A stretch of DNA of 63,838 nt, counting the filler, from Rozella allomycis CSF55 (Eukaryota): NCBI GenBank assembly GCA_000442015.1. It is 11 parts of 11 records of this genome, joined end to end, with 100 filler letters (N's around TTAATTAATTAA, not from the genome) between each part and the next. Parts side by side here need not be neighbours in the genome. Positions count along the whole stretch, not along the records: positions 31,233 to 57,661 come from KE560917.1; positions 57,762 to 58,858 come from KE560922.1; positions 58,959 to 62,441 come from KE560924.1; 8 more parts are not named here. The stretch is one strand, 5' to 3'. The position numbers were made by a program, and so were the translations under genes. Below are positions 48,127 through 62,441 of this stretch, one piece after another. The notes below the pieces were generated by a model. It worked only from the letters and a program-made list of their open reading frames with translations, was not told the DNA's origin and ran no database searches. Position 1 is the first letter of the stretch. The number at the start of each line of letters is the position of its first letter.

Positions 48127-49517
48127 TCATTTAATGATCTTTTTGCAAATAAAGTCGAGAATATTTTTCCCTTGGTTTGTCGCTTTGAGAACACCCCCAT
48201 TTGATTGATCTAATACGAGGTAATTGTCATCACAAAATTGCTGTACTTCATTAACGTTCAAGATCTGGCTAAAAGGATTGAATATCATTACTTCTTCAAA
48301 TGGTCATAAAATGTAACCCTTTTGATGTTCTCAAAGCTGTAGTGACTAGCTGTTTGGAAAAGTCCGTCTCGCTTAAGATATTACAAGTAGCCGTTCAATT
48401 TTTTATAAAATTAATGAATTACCCATCCATAAATGTTGTCGCGTTCGATTGCCAATCGCTGGGTGCATGTATCTAGTTTATATTTTACCTGCTCATTTTA
48501 CTTTTATCGTTTGATATCGTTTCCCATTACCTAAACAAAACCTTCCGTGAGCACCTGGACCAAATCCCAAATAGTCAAAGCCCATCCAATACGCCTTATT
48601 GTGTTTGCTTTCTGTTTCTAAACTGCTTGCATAGTTTGAAATCTCATATGCATTATATTTTTTGACTCGAAGAAACTAGAATGATAATTAAAAGAATATA
48701 CTTCTTTGGCATACTCGTGCATTTCCAATAAGGTATCGTCATCCGGAAGTTGAATGGCTCCGTTTTCAACTAGTTTGTGCAATCTTAACACTTAAATTTC
48801 ATATTAATACGGTGTCCCCTTTTCTACGGTTAATTGATAGACAGATACATGGCCATTCAGATGACTTTCTGCCATCTATACAAGGATACACATAAGCATA
48901 CATTTAGTTCTTTCTTCCAATTGGCCAGATCCTGAAATGGAAGACCGTACATCAAATCAAAAGTTGTCTTATTAGGAAACACCTTTGAAGAAATCTCGAG
49001 TGCGTTAAGGCTATCCAAAACGGTGTGACTACGATTCATCCATGACAAATACTTTTGATTCAACGTTTGTATACCCAAAGACAGGCGATTGACACCGCAT
49101 TTTTTAAAATCTAGCAATTTGTTCATTTCTATATTCTATTTCCAGACATTCACTACTTTTACTGTTGGATTACATTCAATTGTAATCTCCATATTATACA
49201 TGCAATCAAAAGTTGACCTAACACCATTAATTAGTTCATGCACATGACTTGGCTATAGCAGTTAGTAAAATTTCTTACATTCATCAATCCAGGCGTTCCT
49301 CCTCCAAAATATATACTCTGAACTTTCCATTGGTTGTTTTTTGGGCTTCCTTTGATTTCTGCCAGATATGCTTTAACAAAATCATCTTGATCCAAATTTG
49401 GTGGAGGTATGTACTTATTAAAATTGCAGAATGTGCATTTTGTTAAGCAATAAGGCCTGAAATTTATTATTTCAAAAAAATATTTTACCAGTGTATGTAT
49501 ATGGCAAGTGGTCTCAT
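48127..49517 (-). CDS. RSAD1: Radical SAM heme chaperone HemW/RSAD1 (HemN-like)
   Basis: PLAIYIHW|PYCLTKCTFCNFNKY (CxxxCxxC with the upstream His), GVNRLSLGIQ, DLMYGLPFQ, YQLTVEKGT, YEISNYA, HNKAYW..DYLGFGPGAHG. Confidence 0.88.
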
Positions 49518-49582
49518 GTACGAAAAAAATTGCGTTTCTTCCTTTTCGGAAGTTTCAACTACACATATAATAATTAAAATAT

Positions 49583-50797
49583 TTATTCTATTAATATTAT
49601 AACGAACAATATCAAACAGAAAAAGTTAATGGTATAGTCCGGGCTAAACGAATTAGAGTAACTCGTAGTACTACCTCCTTCATTACTTGGAACAGATTGT
49701 TTTGGTTGGACAATGGTGCTTATTGTATCACCTTTATTATATTTTGTAATGATATCATTCATCACAATTTCAATCATCCTAACAGTGGTTTCATTAAATC
49801 CCTGCATCTTTATCCATTCCATTGGCAAAGGCTTGGGAGCTTTGATTTCCCTGTCAGACCTTGCTTGGAAAGATCTACCGGCTTGCCTTGGTACATATAC
49901 TACACATTGCAATGCAACATCAAATTCATTGGAAACTGGAGTTCCCCATGGAGAAAGAAGATCAGTTGGTTGAACAGCCATATTGTTAAGCATACCATCA
50001 TATTGATTAGGCCTATTTGATGCAGTTTGCCTATCATGCCATATTTTGTCAATAAATGCATGATGTAAGTAGAAAGCAGGATCATTTGGACTGTACATAA
50101 AGGCCATGTCACCACCTATCATGTTATGGACATACCCATGTGCCACTTCTAAGAAACATCTGAAAGTATCGAAAGGGCTTCCGGGACGTCTACAAGAATC
50201 TTCTACGGAAGAGGAAAAGAATCCTTCAGGGATTGGATAATTGTTAATCAAGGCTTCATAGACAATAGATGGCATAACGCCACCTGAATTTAATGCTCTT
50301 GAAAGACAATGGGTATTTGGAGTTTGCACAGGCCATTCGCATGTAGATGGGTTCAAGTTAAAACCGAGAATTGCATTTGAAAATACAATGGAACGCTCTG
50401 GTGCTTCAGATTCCGCGCTTGAATCCTGTCCATACAAAGAGTGAATAATTGTTACCCAATAAGGCAAAGCTATTCCAGGAGTAATTTTGCGAAGCTCATT
50501 TTCCAAAAGATATAGAAAGTGACGGTGCCATGGAAGAAATTGTGGATTGCTATGTTAAAGACCGAGTATGAATTACTTGTGTGCAATATTGGCATTCTCA
50601 ACATGAATACGAGAGAATGTATGCCAACCACTACCAGAATTGGATAATTGATGAAAACGAACCATTGTATTACGAAAGATGGCAAGCTCGTCATCAGTAA
50701 GGTCGTGAATTTCTTTTCTTTCACGAATACCATCTGTGCATTGTGTAAACCCTACCGTAATAAACGATATAGCTAAAAGTATTATGAAAGCTTTCAT
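49583..50797 (-). CDS. Secreted tyrosinase-like type-3 di-copper protein with a GPI-like C-terminus
   Basis: Signal peptide, RERKEIHDLT, CuA H...AH..PQFLPWHR, LPYW|D, CuB HGYVHNMIGGDM...SPNDPAFYLHHAFID, a Ser/Thr stalk and a hydrophobic tail. Introns of 27 and 30 nt. Confidence 0.9.
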
Positions 50798-50993
50798 GAC
50801 ACGAGTGACAAGTGCAAGTCGGAGACAGGGGTACAGTTAAAACTCAGAAAACATTGAATACAGAAAATTTGTGGCAAATTTCACATTTTATTTATGAAGT
50901 AATCTAAACGCGCATAATGTTATTTCTATGTAGATTTACGTACATTATCGGCAATTTTCAGAATTGCAATTGCGAATTTGCGATTTTTATTTA

Positions 50994-52018
50994 ATGTCGG
51001 AATTATCCCAAAATCACGCTCCCCGACCCCATGACCTAGAAACTTCTCTAAGAATATTACTCTCCGGAGGAATTGCAGGATGTTTCGCGAAAACGGCGAT
51101 AGGTCCATTAGATCGCGTCAAAATTCTGTTTCAAACAAGCAACCCGCACTACAAGCATCATTCAGGTATATAAATAGGCATTAGCTTAAAAGGAACATTT
51201 TCTGGTGTTTTTAAAGTTGCTAGAGATATTTATTGCACACAAGGGCTTAAAGGATTGTTTAGAGGACATTCAGTTATGATTATAAGGATATTTCCTTATT
51301 CAGCTACAAATTACCTTGCTTATGAACAATTTAAGAAACTTTTGTATAATACAGAAAGGCCCTCAGTCTTCAGGAGAATTTTGGCCGGCTCAATGGCGGG
51401 TATTTTATATATGAAACAAGTTATAAAGGCGCTTGTGCGGTTAGTATTACTTACCCTCTAGATACTTTACGTGCAAGAATGGCATCACAAGTGAAGGCTC
51501 ACGAGATTCTTCCATTGCATTCACTAATTCGAAAAATGGCAACTGAAAATCGTTATCCCTGGTCTTCATTTTACAAAGGATTCTTACCATCTCTCTATGG
51601 TATACTTCCTTACGCTGGTGTATCATTTTTTACTTACGAAACATTCAAGAACTTGCTCAAGGGACCAGGAAATGATTTCCCTGTACATAAAAGATTATTC
51701 TGTGGCATGATTGCAGGCTCCGTAGCTCAAACTGCATCTTATCCTTTAGATGTCGTGAGAAGAAGGCTTCAAATGCAGGGCATCACCAGCCATTTGCCAA
51801 ACTACATCAGTACCTTCCATGCGATTAGAACCATTATTCAAACAGAAGGAATTAGAGGTCTATACGTTGGTTTATCTGTAAATTATATCAAGGTTGGTCC
51901 AGCAACGGGTATATCGTTCGCTGTGTACGAATCAGTGAAAAAATATTTACTTCCAAACATTGAATCTAAAAATTTTCATCGTTATTTTTATTTTTTAATT
52001 GCAGTTAGGATAGCTTGA
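50994..52018 (+). CDS. LEU5: Mitochondrial carrier, CoA transporter Leu5/SLC25A16/SLC25A42-like
   Basis: GGIAGCFAKTAIGPLDRVKILFQTSNPHY, RIFPYSA, YPLDTLRARMA, PYAGVSFFTYE, QTASYPLDVVRRRLQ, GLSVNYIKV. Confidence 0.85.
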
Positions 52019-52487
52019 GCTACTTCCAATTCAATTTCCCCTTCGCCAACTTCTATATCATTTTTTGAATTCTTAACTTTAATTTCAGCATCAGCACGTA
52101 ATTTTTCAGCCTTTGACGCATCAAAATCATCCAATTTAAAGGCTTCAATTGCATTTATATCCAGAGTATTATCAGAATTAACAGCAGCAAAACCGCCACT
52201 AACTTAACAATATCGACATCTGTGCTTTACCAAAATATTGACTTGATTGATTATCCGAAACAAGCTCCAATACACCTGGCTTCAATTGAAACAGTGTCGG
52301 GACATGATGTGCTAAAATACCCACAGACCCTGTTGATGCCATCATGTTGACCTGGTTAAGCAAGCTATCTTTAAGGATAACCTTTTATTACAAAATTTGA
52401 CTAAATTACTTGATGAGGGCAAGTAAAAGTGACTTTTAGCTTTTCACCAACCTGATTTGCAAAGAAACGCTTAGCAATTCGATTCAT
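51988..52487 (-). CDS. ATP16: Mitochondrial F1 ATP synthase delta subunit (missing from the ORF track)
   Basis: Spliced product MNRIAKRFFANQ...LKVTFTCPHQ...GSVGILAHHVPTLFQLKPGVLE...VSGGFAAVNSDNTLDINAIEAFKLDDFD...IELEVAQAILTAIKK. Confidence 0.9.
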
Positions 52488-52727
52488 GACCAGGGTTTGT
52501 AGACGCTATGGGTAAGATTGTGCTTGATTATCCAAGTTGTTTAGAGTACCAACATATTAAGGAATCTAATACTCTACTCATTAATGACACAATTTGTCGA
52601 ATGATAAAATCTAAAAACCATTAAAATAAATAGCTTCATTCCTTTAATATAAATTATTAATTTATTTCTCACGAATTTGGGGTTGTGTAAAGTTCCATTT
52701 TTCCACCTTGGATATTTGTTGAAATTC

Positions 52728-54421
<1,694 letters not shown>

Positions 54422-54462
54422 AATAAATTAAAAGTTTTTTGGATCTATATTCTGTATTTTCN

Positions 54463-55397
54463 GCCGCCAATCTTTTCGTAGGTTTATTTTTGCTCTTCCA
54501 TACTTTCTCAGCATTCTGCAGTCTAGCAACTTTTATTTACAGAATAAAAGGCCAAGACAGCACAAAACCAAGCAAAATGTCTGGAACGATCTTCGGCGTT
54601 CTCTTCTTCCCTTTTCATTTGGCGTTCCTGGTTCTTTACACCGTGGAAGTTTATAATGATGATTCGGTTTGTGTTTACTGGTCTCTTATTCGATACATTG
54701 TTATTAATGCCTTTCTATCCATGATTGTATTGGCTGGCGCCCTATTCTGCATGCATCCGGTGTGCGCCATTATTCCTGAACACAGCTCTCTTATTCTCAA
54801 GTTATTTGATTTTTACACAAAGAACACTTTCAAAATTCTTGGACTAGGATTTCTTGTTACCATTATCACCATGGCCCTAGCATTTGTCGACAACAATCTT
54901 TACATCGTTTCGCATGTCTGGTATATGATTAGTTCATTTTGGGCACTGACTTGTTTCTATCCAGCTTTCTTTTCACTACTTGCAGCACTTCATCTGGAAA
55001 CCAGAAACGCGTTGCTCATGAGAGGTACAAGCCCACAATCCAAAGGACCAACACCCCGGGAAGCTCTCAAAAGGTTACTCATCATCTCATCCATGACTTG
55101 CATAATTCTAACATTGTCATTCTTAATGTACTTGGATCCTTATGCAACACCCTCTTGCCTAAAGCTTACAGTGATTGGTCTTTCTTCATCCCATATCTTT
55201 GGATTACCTGGTTCTATATTTGGGTTATCCATGTTTTTAACAAGAGAGAACAAGGTAATTTATATTTTACGTGATGATAGGATTATCTTTTGGCCAAATT
55301 AGGATTTAAAGATACTCAGTATAGCACAGTTGGTCGATCAACTAACGCAAAAATGAGCGCTACGTTGTCGCAAAATGTAAAGACTGGAAATAAATAA
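54463..55397 (+). CDS. Multi-pass (7TM-like) membrane protein; 5' end cut at n 54462
   Basis: About seven hydrophobic segments with Cys in the loops and a basic loop before the last two TMs. Last exon follows a short intron. Confidence 0.6.
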
Positions 55398-55454
55398 CTA
55401 GCCCCAAAGTATTAATATGTTTATTACAAATTCTATTCGACTATTTTATCTAAA

Positions 55455-56577
55455 TTAAAATGATGTCATTCTTTGGATTGGTTTATGCTCGTCAGTCCTA
55501 GTCTTGGTACTTGGTATTTGTGGCCGTTTAATAGGTTCACACTTTAGAAGCAAATCTACTAATTGCATAATTCCAATAGGCTTTGCGACATAGTATGCTA
55601 TTATCATAGTTCAAAAACACAACTACCCATTCCAAGCTTCATACATTGTAAAGATTCTTCTGTAGATTCTGATCCAGTAACAGCAATAATAGTCGGCTGC
55701 TCATTTTTACTCAATTTTAAATGGATTTGTTTAGTTGTTTCTAGTCCACCCATTTCTTATGATAATGGCTAAAATTTGATACCTGGCATGTTCAAGTCCA
55801 TTAAAATAACGCTACGTCAGATATTGGCTAAATTGTTACTCGTATCGTTTTCCGATTGAAAAGAGGTCCAGTACTTCCACTCCATTGCCGGCCAAATCAC
55901 ATGAATATCCAATCTTCTATTTCTGATAATATGTAATTACTGTAGAAAGCTGCTTAGATAGTGCTTTTTGTACAACTGAGTAAGACTAGCATAATTGATT
56001 TACCAATGTTATCATCAACAACCAGAATTCTTAGCGGATGCGTTTCTCCCATATTCTTTAATTCATCCGTTATTTTATTGCTACCGGCATTAGAGGCGAC
56101 GCTGAGTATTGATTTCGTTGGCTTAACCTTTACAAGGGAAGGCAAGGACGAAGCAGGAGAGCCGCCTTCGCTTATTTTATCATCCAGCCAATTAGGCTCC
56201 TCTACTGATAGCTTTAGTATGCTCGTGGACTGCGTGTTTATTATATTTTCAGATCTTGAAACGTTTGCCGATTGCGTGTTGGACGATAAGAGACTTTTCA
56301 CTCGTAAATTCATCAGTGGGCCGGCGGATGAAGTACTTTCCTTCATGACGCGAAATGTATCGTTTGTTTTATTCTTTTCTCTTTCAAGCAAACCACCTGA
56401 TGAGTGTGAGCTATCTGGCTCTTGTTCATCTATTAAAGGGTCGTTGTCATCTATTATTTTGAAAAAGGAGCGAGGCTGATCTTCCTTTACTTGTTTTTCC
56501 TTTTCCTTCATCCGAAGAGATCCCCAAGAAAGCTTTTTGACTTTATCATTACTTTCTTCTTGATAAATCGTTTCCAT
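55455..56577 (-). CDS. Response-regulator receiver-domain protein with a long disordered N-terminus
   Basis: HPLRILVVDDN...KIGYSCDLAGNGVEVL...VILMDLNMP|EMGGLETTKQI...QPTIIAVTG...CMKLGM, spread across short introns. Confidence 0.8.
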
Positions 56578-57274
56578 ATTGTAGATTTAATGTCGGAATA
56601 TTCTAACAATCGCTATATTTAGAAATACAGATACTCGGGGATTTGTGCAGCATTGTTTAGTTATCATTTATGATGAAGGACTTGTTATAAAATTATAAAA
56701 TTGATTTGGTATTGAATTTCAATTAGTTTTCCATTGCGAATTTACAAAGTCCATAAAGATGAGCTATATATAGATGTTGGTAACAATATATTCTTGTGTC
56801 CATAATAATGATAATATCTATTTTTTACCTTTCTTCTTTTTCCCTCTTGGCTGTACATTTAATGTGTTTATGTTAGTAGATTTTTGAATCTGTTTTTGAA
56901 TGTTGACGTATGAGAGATTGTCTTTGTCCAAGACTCAAATTTCATGGAGCTCGACTCCTTTGTTAATTTCTCTACCTTCCAATGACATAACCTTTTCTTG
57001 CAGAGGATTTGATTTATTTAAAAACTTTTCATACTCTTTTGAGAAATGCGAAAGTTTTTTTCGAGTTACTCTAAACTCTTTTGATAGATTTATTAGAGTG
57101 GAGAGATCATCCATAAAGATTTTGAAAGTAACCAATTGCTGTACATTATCAAAATTTAGTTTTAATATGGTGTGAGTAGAATTTGCACCTTCCTGCCTGC
57201 TTTAACAAAGAGTCCAATTTTCTAGCATCTCGTCACCAACAAAAAATGGAAATTTCTCAAAAACAGAAGGAAAA

Positions 57275-57661
57275 ATGTCATTCAAAAATCCGCAACAGCA
57301 ACCGTTTTCCTCAGCATCCACCTCTTCTCTTCTTGTTTGGTATCTGCTCTTGGACTCTGTTACTGGGGAGCCGTACAAGGGAACTACTGTCTCGTCCATT
57401 TTACGCTCTTCTCTCGTTGTTCCTATCATCGACCTTTTTCGAGACGCTGTCCGTTTAAAGAACTCCTCCATTCTCACTGGCATTGCTTCATCTCAACTCC
57501 TCGTCTTGAAGAACAAGGCCTCCTTCGACAAGAGAAACGATGAAGAAAAGGAAGAACCGCTGGAAGAAGATGCGCTGATCGGCGGCCTTGGAGAAACGGA
57601 AGACGAATCCCTAGTTGTCGTCGTTCCGTCGTCAATCCTGCCATCCCAACCACAACCTTCA
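57275..57661 (+). CDS. Crinkler (CRN)-like effector N-terminal ubiquitin-like header, truncated by the contig end
   Basis: VWYLLLDSVTGEPYKGTT, DLFRDAV, SILTGIASSQLLVLKNKASFDKRN, KEEPLEED, ending in the CRN-typical LVVVVP. Confidence 0.8.
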
Positions 57662-59045
57662 NNNNNNNNNNNNNNNNNNNNNNNNNNNNNNNNNNNNNNN
57701 NNNNNTTAATTAATTAANNNNNNNNNNNNNNNNNNNNNNNNNNNNNNNNNNNNNNNNNNNNTGAGCCTTACTTCTACATTTTAGGGACTGAAAGGTAGAA
57801 TGTAGTTTTTAATTCTCATAATATTTCCAATAATAAAAATCTTGTTTGTTGTCAGAAGTTCTATCCTGTGATGAAGATGTACAATTAAAATCTCCAGTAA
57901 CTATAATATTTTCATATTCATTTATATTTGGCAGAGTCCTGACTTAGTTGAAAAAATTAAAAATTGAATATATTTTTCTTTACGTATTGATAATGTACCT
58001 TATTTCTCAGACGTTGTTTCCATATTTAATATCATAAAGAATGTGTTAAAAATTAAAGGAGATATTGAGGACATTTTTTTATGTGTAATTCTAAAAATCC
58101 AAAGATCAGAAGTAAATCGGTTAAGGTTGTCTATCGATTTCCATTTAATGATGATATTAAGAAGAAGGAATCTCCTTCAGTTGTACAGATCGAGGGACAA
58201 AATTGTCCTGTTCTAAATTTTGCAAAGGGACCTATAGCAAAGCCAGTTGTAAAGGAAATCTCTTTAGTTGAGGTTAAGAAGAATAATAGTAGGCGTCCAT
58301 TTGCATGGGAAATGAATACTAATAGTACAAAATCTAATAATATGAATGCAATTAATCAAAATATTACTAAAATTGTCAATATTTCTAGCATTAATACTGC
58401 CAAGACAGTTAATGAAGTTATTAATAATTCTGTTAACAAGTCTCGCAGTGCTCGTTAAATCGGACGGGGAGTTTATAATTAAAAATAAATTTCTCGCACA
58501 AAACAACTGCTTGCTATCATTATCATTTTTTGACATTAGCTTAAAGATTGCCATGGAAATTGTGATTTCTTCTAAAATTAAATAGAGAATCGAGATCTAT
58601 TTCATTTTACCGCTTTCTTCCATCGCTCATGACCATCATTTACCGTTTTCCTCCCGCGAATCCCAAATCCCTTTACTTGTTCTAATTAATAAATGTCTAT
58701 AAATTTTATCTTTCAATTAATACAATTGTTTAATCGATTGGATACTTTTAAAGATTTGCTACTCTAAGGGGATTCAAAAAGAAGTGTAACAAGCAAATGT
58801 CATGGCTCTAAAACGCTTATAAAGTAGATAAAACAACAATCTATTATTTTAATTTAATNNNNNNNNNNNNNNNNNNNNNNNNNNNNNNNNNNNNNNNNNN
58901 NNTTAATTAATTAANNNNNNNNNNNNNNNNNNNNNNNNNNNNNNNNNNNNNNNNNNNNCACACCCAAAGCGAGAATCATACCACTAGACCACGAAGCCCT
59001 TGTAATCACTAGATCTGTTTTTAATAATAATATAAACAAAATTTA

Positions 59046-61370
59046 ATGCGGCTTAATTATTTGACATGCCGATGGATAGTCTTAATCCCTTTTTTTACAT
59101 GTGCATCAATTATCAGTAATGAGTCATGTAAGTAATTTCAAGATATTTTCCCAAATAATTTTGGTCCATTGTTATATTCGGATAAAATTATTGAAGACAC
59201 CATTGAATTTAGGTATAACGAAGAGTAAAATAAATACCTAAATAGTATAGACCCTATTTAGCAGTTCTTAGCCCTGTGAAAAGCTCGATGATTAGAAACG
59301 GTGAGATCTATTCTAGAAGAATAGGTTACATTGATAGCCACGAAGATTCACAAGTTGATCTTACTTTTGATGAAAACATGAATGTAATCGAAGGCGAAAT
59401 ATATCTGAATTATGATACGCAGTTTAAAGTCTTGGAGGCGGAACCGGAACGTTCTATTGAGTTGGTAGAAACGATAGATGCATCAACCGACAACATCGAA
59501 AGCAATAATTTCTTGCCATCATTTCAAAAACGTTCAGACGAGATATACACTAATGGATACAGTGAAGGAAACAATGACTGTCCTATTGCAGTTATTGCAG
59601 ATCATACTTTTTACAGAAGATGGGGAGACAAGTCCCAGGATGTTGTTTTGTCGTTAATGAGCGAAGCAAACAATATTACAGTAAGGGATTTGAACCTTGG
59701 TCTGCCATTAAAATACATTTACATTGCCAAAGAATCGAATTTCACATTGCTAGGAGATGATAACAGTACAGATGTATTTGCTCTAGTTAGCGCCTTTAAA
59801 AACTCTATCGCAAATAACTTGTTTCCTGACTTTGTAAACACTGGGTACTGTGGAGTTGTTGGACTCACCAGCAGGTACTTGAACGGATACATTGGTCTCT
59901 ATGGGGTAAAATATTACTTTGATTGTTACAGAATACGCCATGCAATTCAAGCGATTATTTTATGTTGGTGGATATTAGCCCAACTTTCAACAAACGTCCC
60001 TTGTTAATGTCTCGATCAGTAGTTGTATCCAGTCTAATGCACGTAATATCATTAAAGTATTGTCTTCAGTTTATAGGGCGACTTTTAGGTGCGCCTCATG
60101 ATCCAAATACGCAAGAATGCAATCCAAACGGGTTTCAGTATATTATGGCCACCAATACCCGCTGGATTATCGCTCTGAATACAATCAACGGGCAGAAATA
60201 TTCACCGTGCTCCATTAGAAATATCACCGGAAATCTGCAGAATTTCGCATGTTTAGTACCACGCGGAACTGTTCCATCGTTAACCCAGTCAAATAGTTTC
60301 ACAGACTTTTGGTTCCCGCATTTAGAAGATCAATGTCACGTAAATTTTCCAAGAAATTTTCATAATAGACTATGGAATCGATTGGGTTCATACCAGCCTT
60401 GACAAACGATAGCTGGACAGACAACGTCTCATGGGACATCAACTCAAATGGCTGCAACTTGGTATGCACGAAGAAATCAATGGGAAGTTTAAACAGCACA
60501 ACGTTTCCTGATCCTCGAAACACATCAACAATTTTGAAATTGCGTGACGGGACTCCATGTGATGATAGCGACTGGAGCAAAGTGTGCATATCCGGAGTTT
60601 GCACGGTAGATAGCCGCACATACCTGTGTGACAAGACTAGTGCATGCTGCGACGCTTTTGGTAATATTAAATGGGCTGGCATGAAGTGCTACGAACCGAA
60701 TACAAATGTTGTAGAGTCGTCATTGGGATGCCGCCAGAGCTATGATGTATGTGATGGAATTGATGAATGTAATTGCAAACCTAGATTTAGGATGCCAGGA
60801 ACCAGGTGCGGGTGTGATACCAATGGCAACTTTTGTGGCGGTGTTTGTGGAAGCGGGAACTATTATGGAGTTTGCTTAGACAAAAGAACATTGACTCCAC
60901 TTTCATTTCAACCAGATACACTTAATTGGTCTAGTGCTTGCGAACAAAAGGTCTGTGGGAATGATACAGTGTGTGTGCTTGTGTCTGGTGAGGCATTTTG
61001 TGTAAACAAGGATGAAGGATTAGAAGCATGGAAAAAGCAGCCTGTAACCAGTACCAGTAATTTCATTACATATGAAGCAACCTTAATGACAATAAAATCT
61101 TCTACATATCCTACTGGTAGCTGGACTGAACAAGGCTCTGGTGCATCTGGTGGTGGCTCAAGTCAAGAGGGATCTAGCAATTCATCGTGGATAATAATAG
61201 TGTCAAGCTCAACAGGCGGCGCGCTTGTTTTAGTTTGCGGAATTGCTGCTATCGTATACACTGCAAAGAAAAGAAAACAAAGGGATTTGAGAAGAAACAC
61301 ATTGGAGATCATCTCTGAAAGAAATATAAGCAGGAGCAATCGGAACTTGCTCCATGCAGGAAGAAGATAA
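59046..61370 (+). CDS. ADAM10/17-like type I membrane protein with a degenerate zinc site
   Basis: Signal-like start, CPIAVIADHTFY, YIGL, spliced HFIGRLLGAPHD, Met-turn YIMA, KYSPCSIRNI, DGTPC...CISGVC, disintegrin-like CDKTSACCD and a TM followed by KKRK. Confidence 0.8.
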
Positions 61371-61426
61371 AGATCGATTGATGAATAAATCTTTTTTTCA
61401 GAAAACTGGATTATTCTTTATTGTGT

Positions 61427-62441
61427 TTATTTCAGTAACAAATCCTGCGCACTGGAATCAAAATCTTTAACCTAATTGATGAAATAGAAATAATGTTACA
61501 TCAAACACAGTGTTATCATCTTCAATGTCGTCCATTTCAACACTTTGATTTAATTTTGTGTATTTAAAGTATCGTGTCCTTCTAAGATAGATATTTACAG
61601 ATAAAAGGACAAGAGATAGAATAGAGACCACTGAAATTATAATGATGAAAGCTGAATTGGTTTTGGACGAAGTGTTATCAGAAAATTCTAGACCGCCAAA
61701 ACAATTTGATTTTGGAATTTTCCTGTATGCTATTTTGTTGTTTGAATCGAATTGATTGGGATTTTCGATTATGCAAGAACCGTTAACAGTTCTGATAAAC
61801 CCNNNNNNNNNNNNNNNNNNNNNNNNNNNNNNNNNNNNNNNNNNNNNNNNNNNNNNNNNNNNNNNNNNNNNNNNNNNNNNNNNNNNNNNNNNNNNNNNNN
61901 NNNNNNNNNNNNNNNNNNNNNNNNNNNNNNNNNNNNNNNNNNNNNNNNNNNNNNNNNNNNNNNNNNNNNNNNTATTAAATCAAAAGAATCACATTTGTTG
62001 TTTAAAATTGAACTGAAATCAATAGTGATGAAATAGCCTCCTTTAGCCAACAATGTTGCTTTAAGGTTTTGAACAGAAAGTGAATGGAAAGCAAAAGAAG
62101 AATTAAAGTAGAATGAATGGAACGATTTGAAATCAAAAGAATAATAAAACTTGTTTGTTGGAAATAGAGAATCTACAAAAATTAAAATATTTTCATTGAA
62201 TTCAAATAGAGAATATTTTCTTTTAATAATTTTCCAATTTTTCCCATTGTCATAAGAAATATAAATATTCCAATCATCTGCGCCACCATCTACAACCGAT
62301 TTTCCGGGTGCTATAATGATTCCATTAAAAGATTTAATTTCATCAAACTTAATGTAAAAATCAAGTAAATTCCAATTATTTCCATTATCAAAAGAAATAA
62401 AAGAAGTTGAATCAAATTTATTAACGAAAATGATTTCATTG
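61427..62441 (-). CDS. VPS10: Vps10/sortilin-like receptor, C-terminal part (mostly missing from the ORF track)
   Basis: Asp-box repeats ISFDNGNNW and ISYDNGKNW, ITIDFSSILNNKC, 10CC motif AYRKIPKSNCFGG, a TM segment and an acidic tail with YTKL. N gap at 61803-61971. Confidence 0.75.

Noticed and set aside
57762-58858. Possible gene(s) in this small contig
   Set aside because: The ORFs on both strands are short and conflicting, and I could not build a consistent spliced model or recognise a motif.
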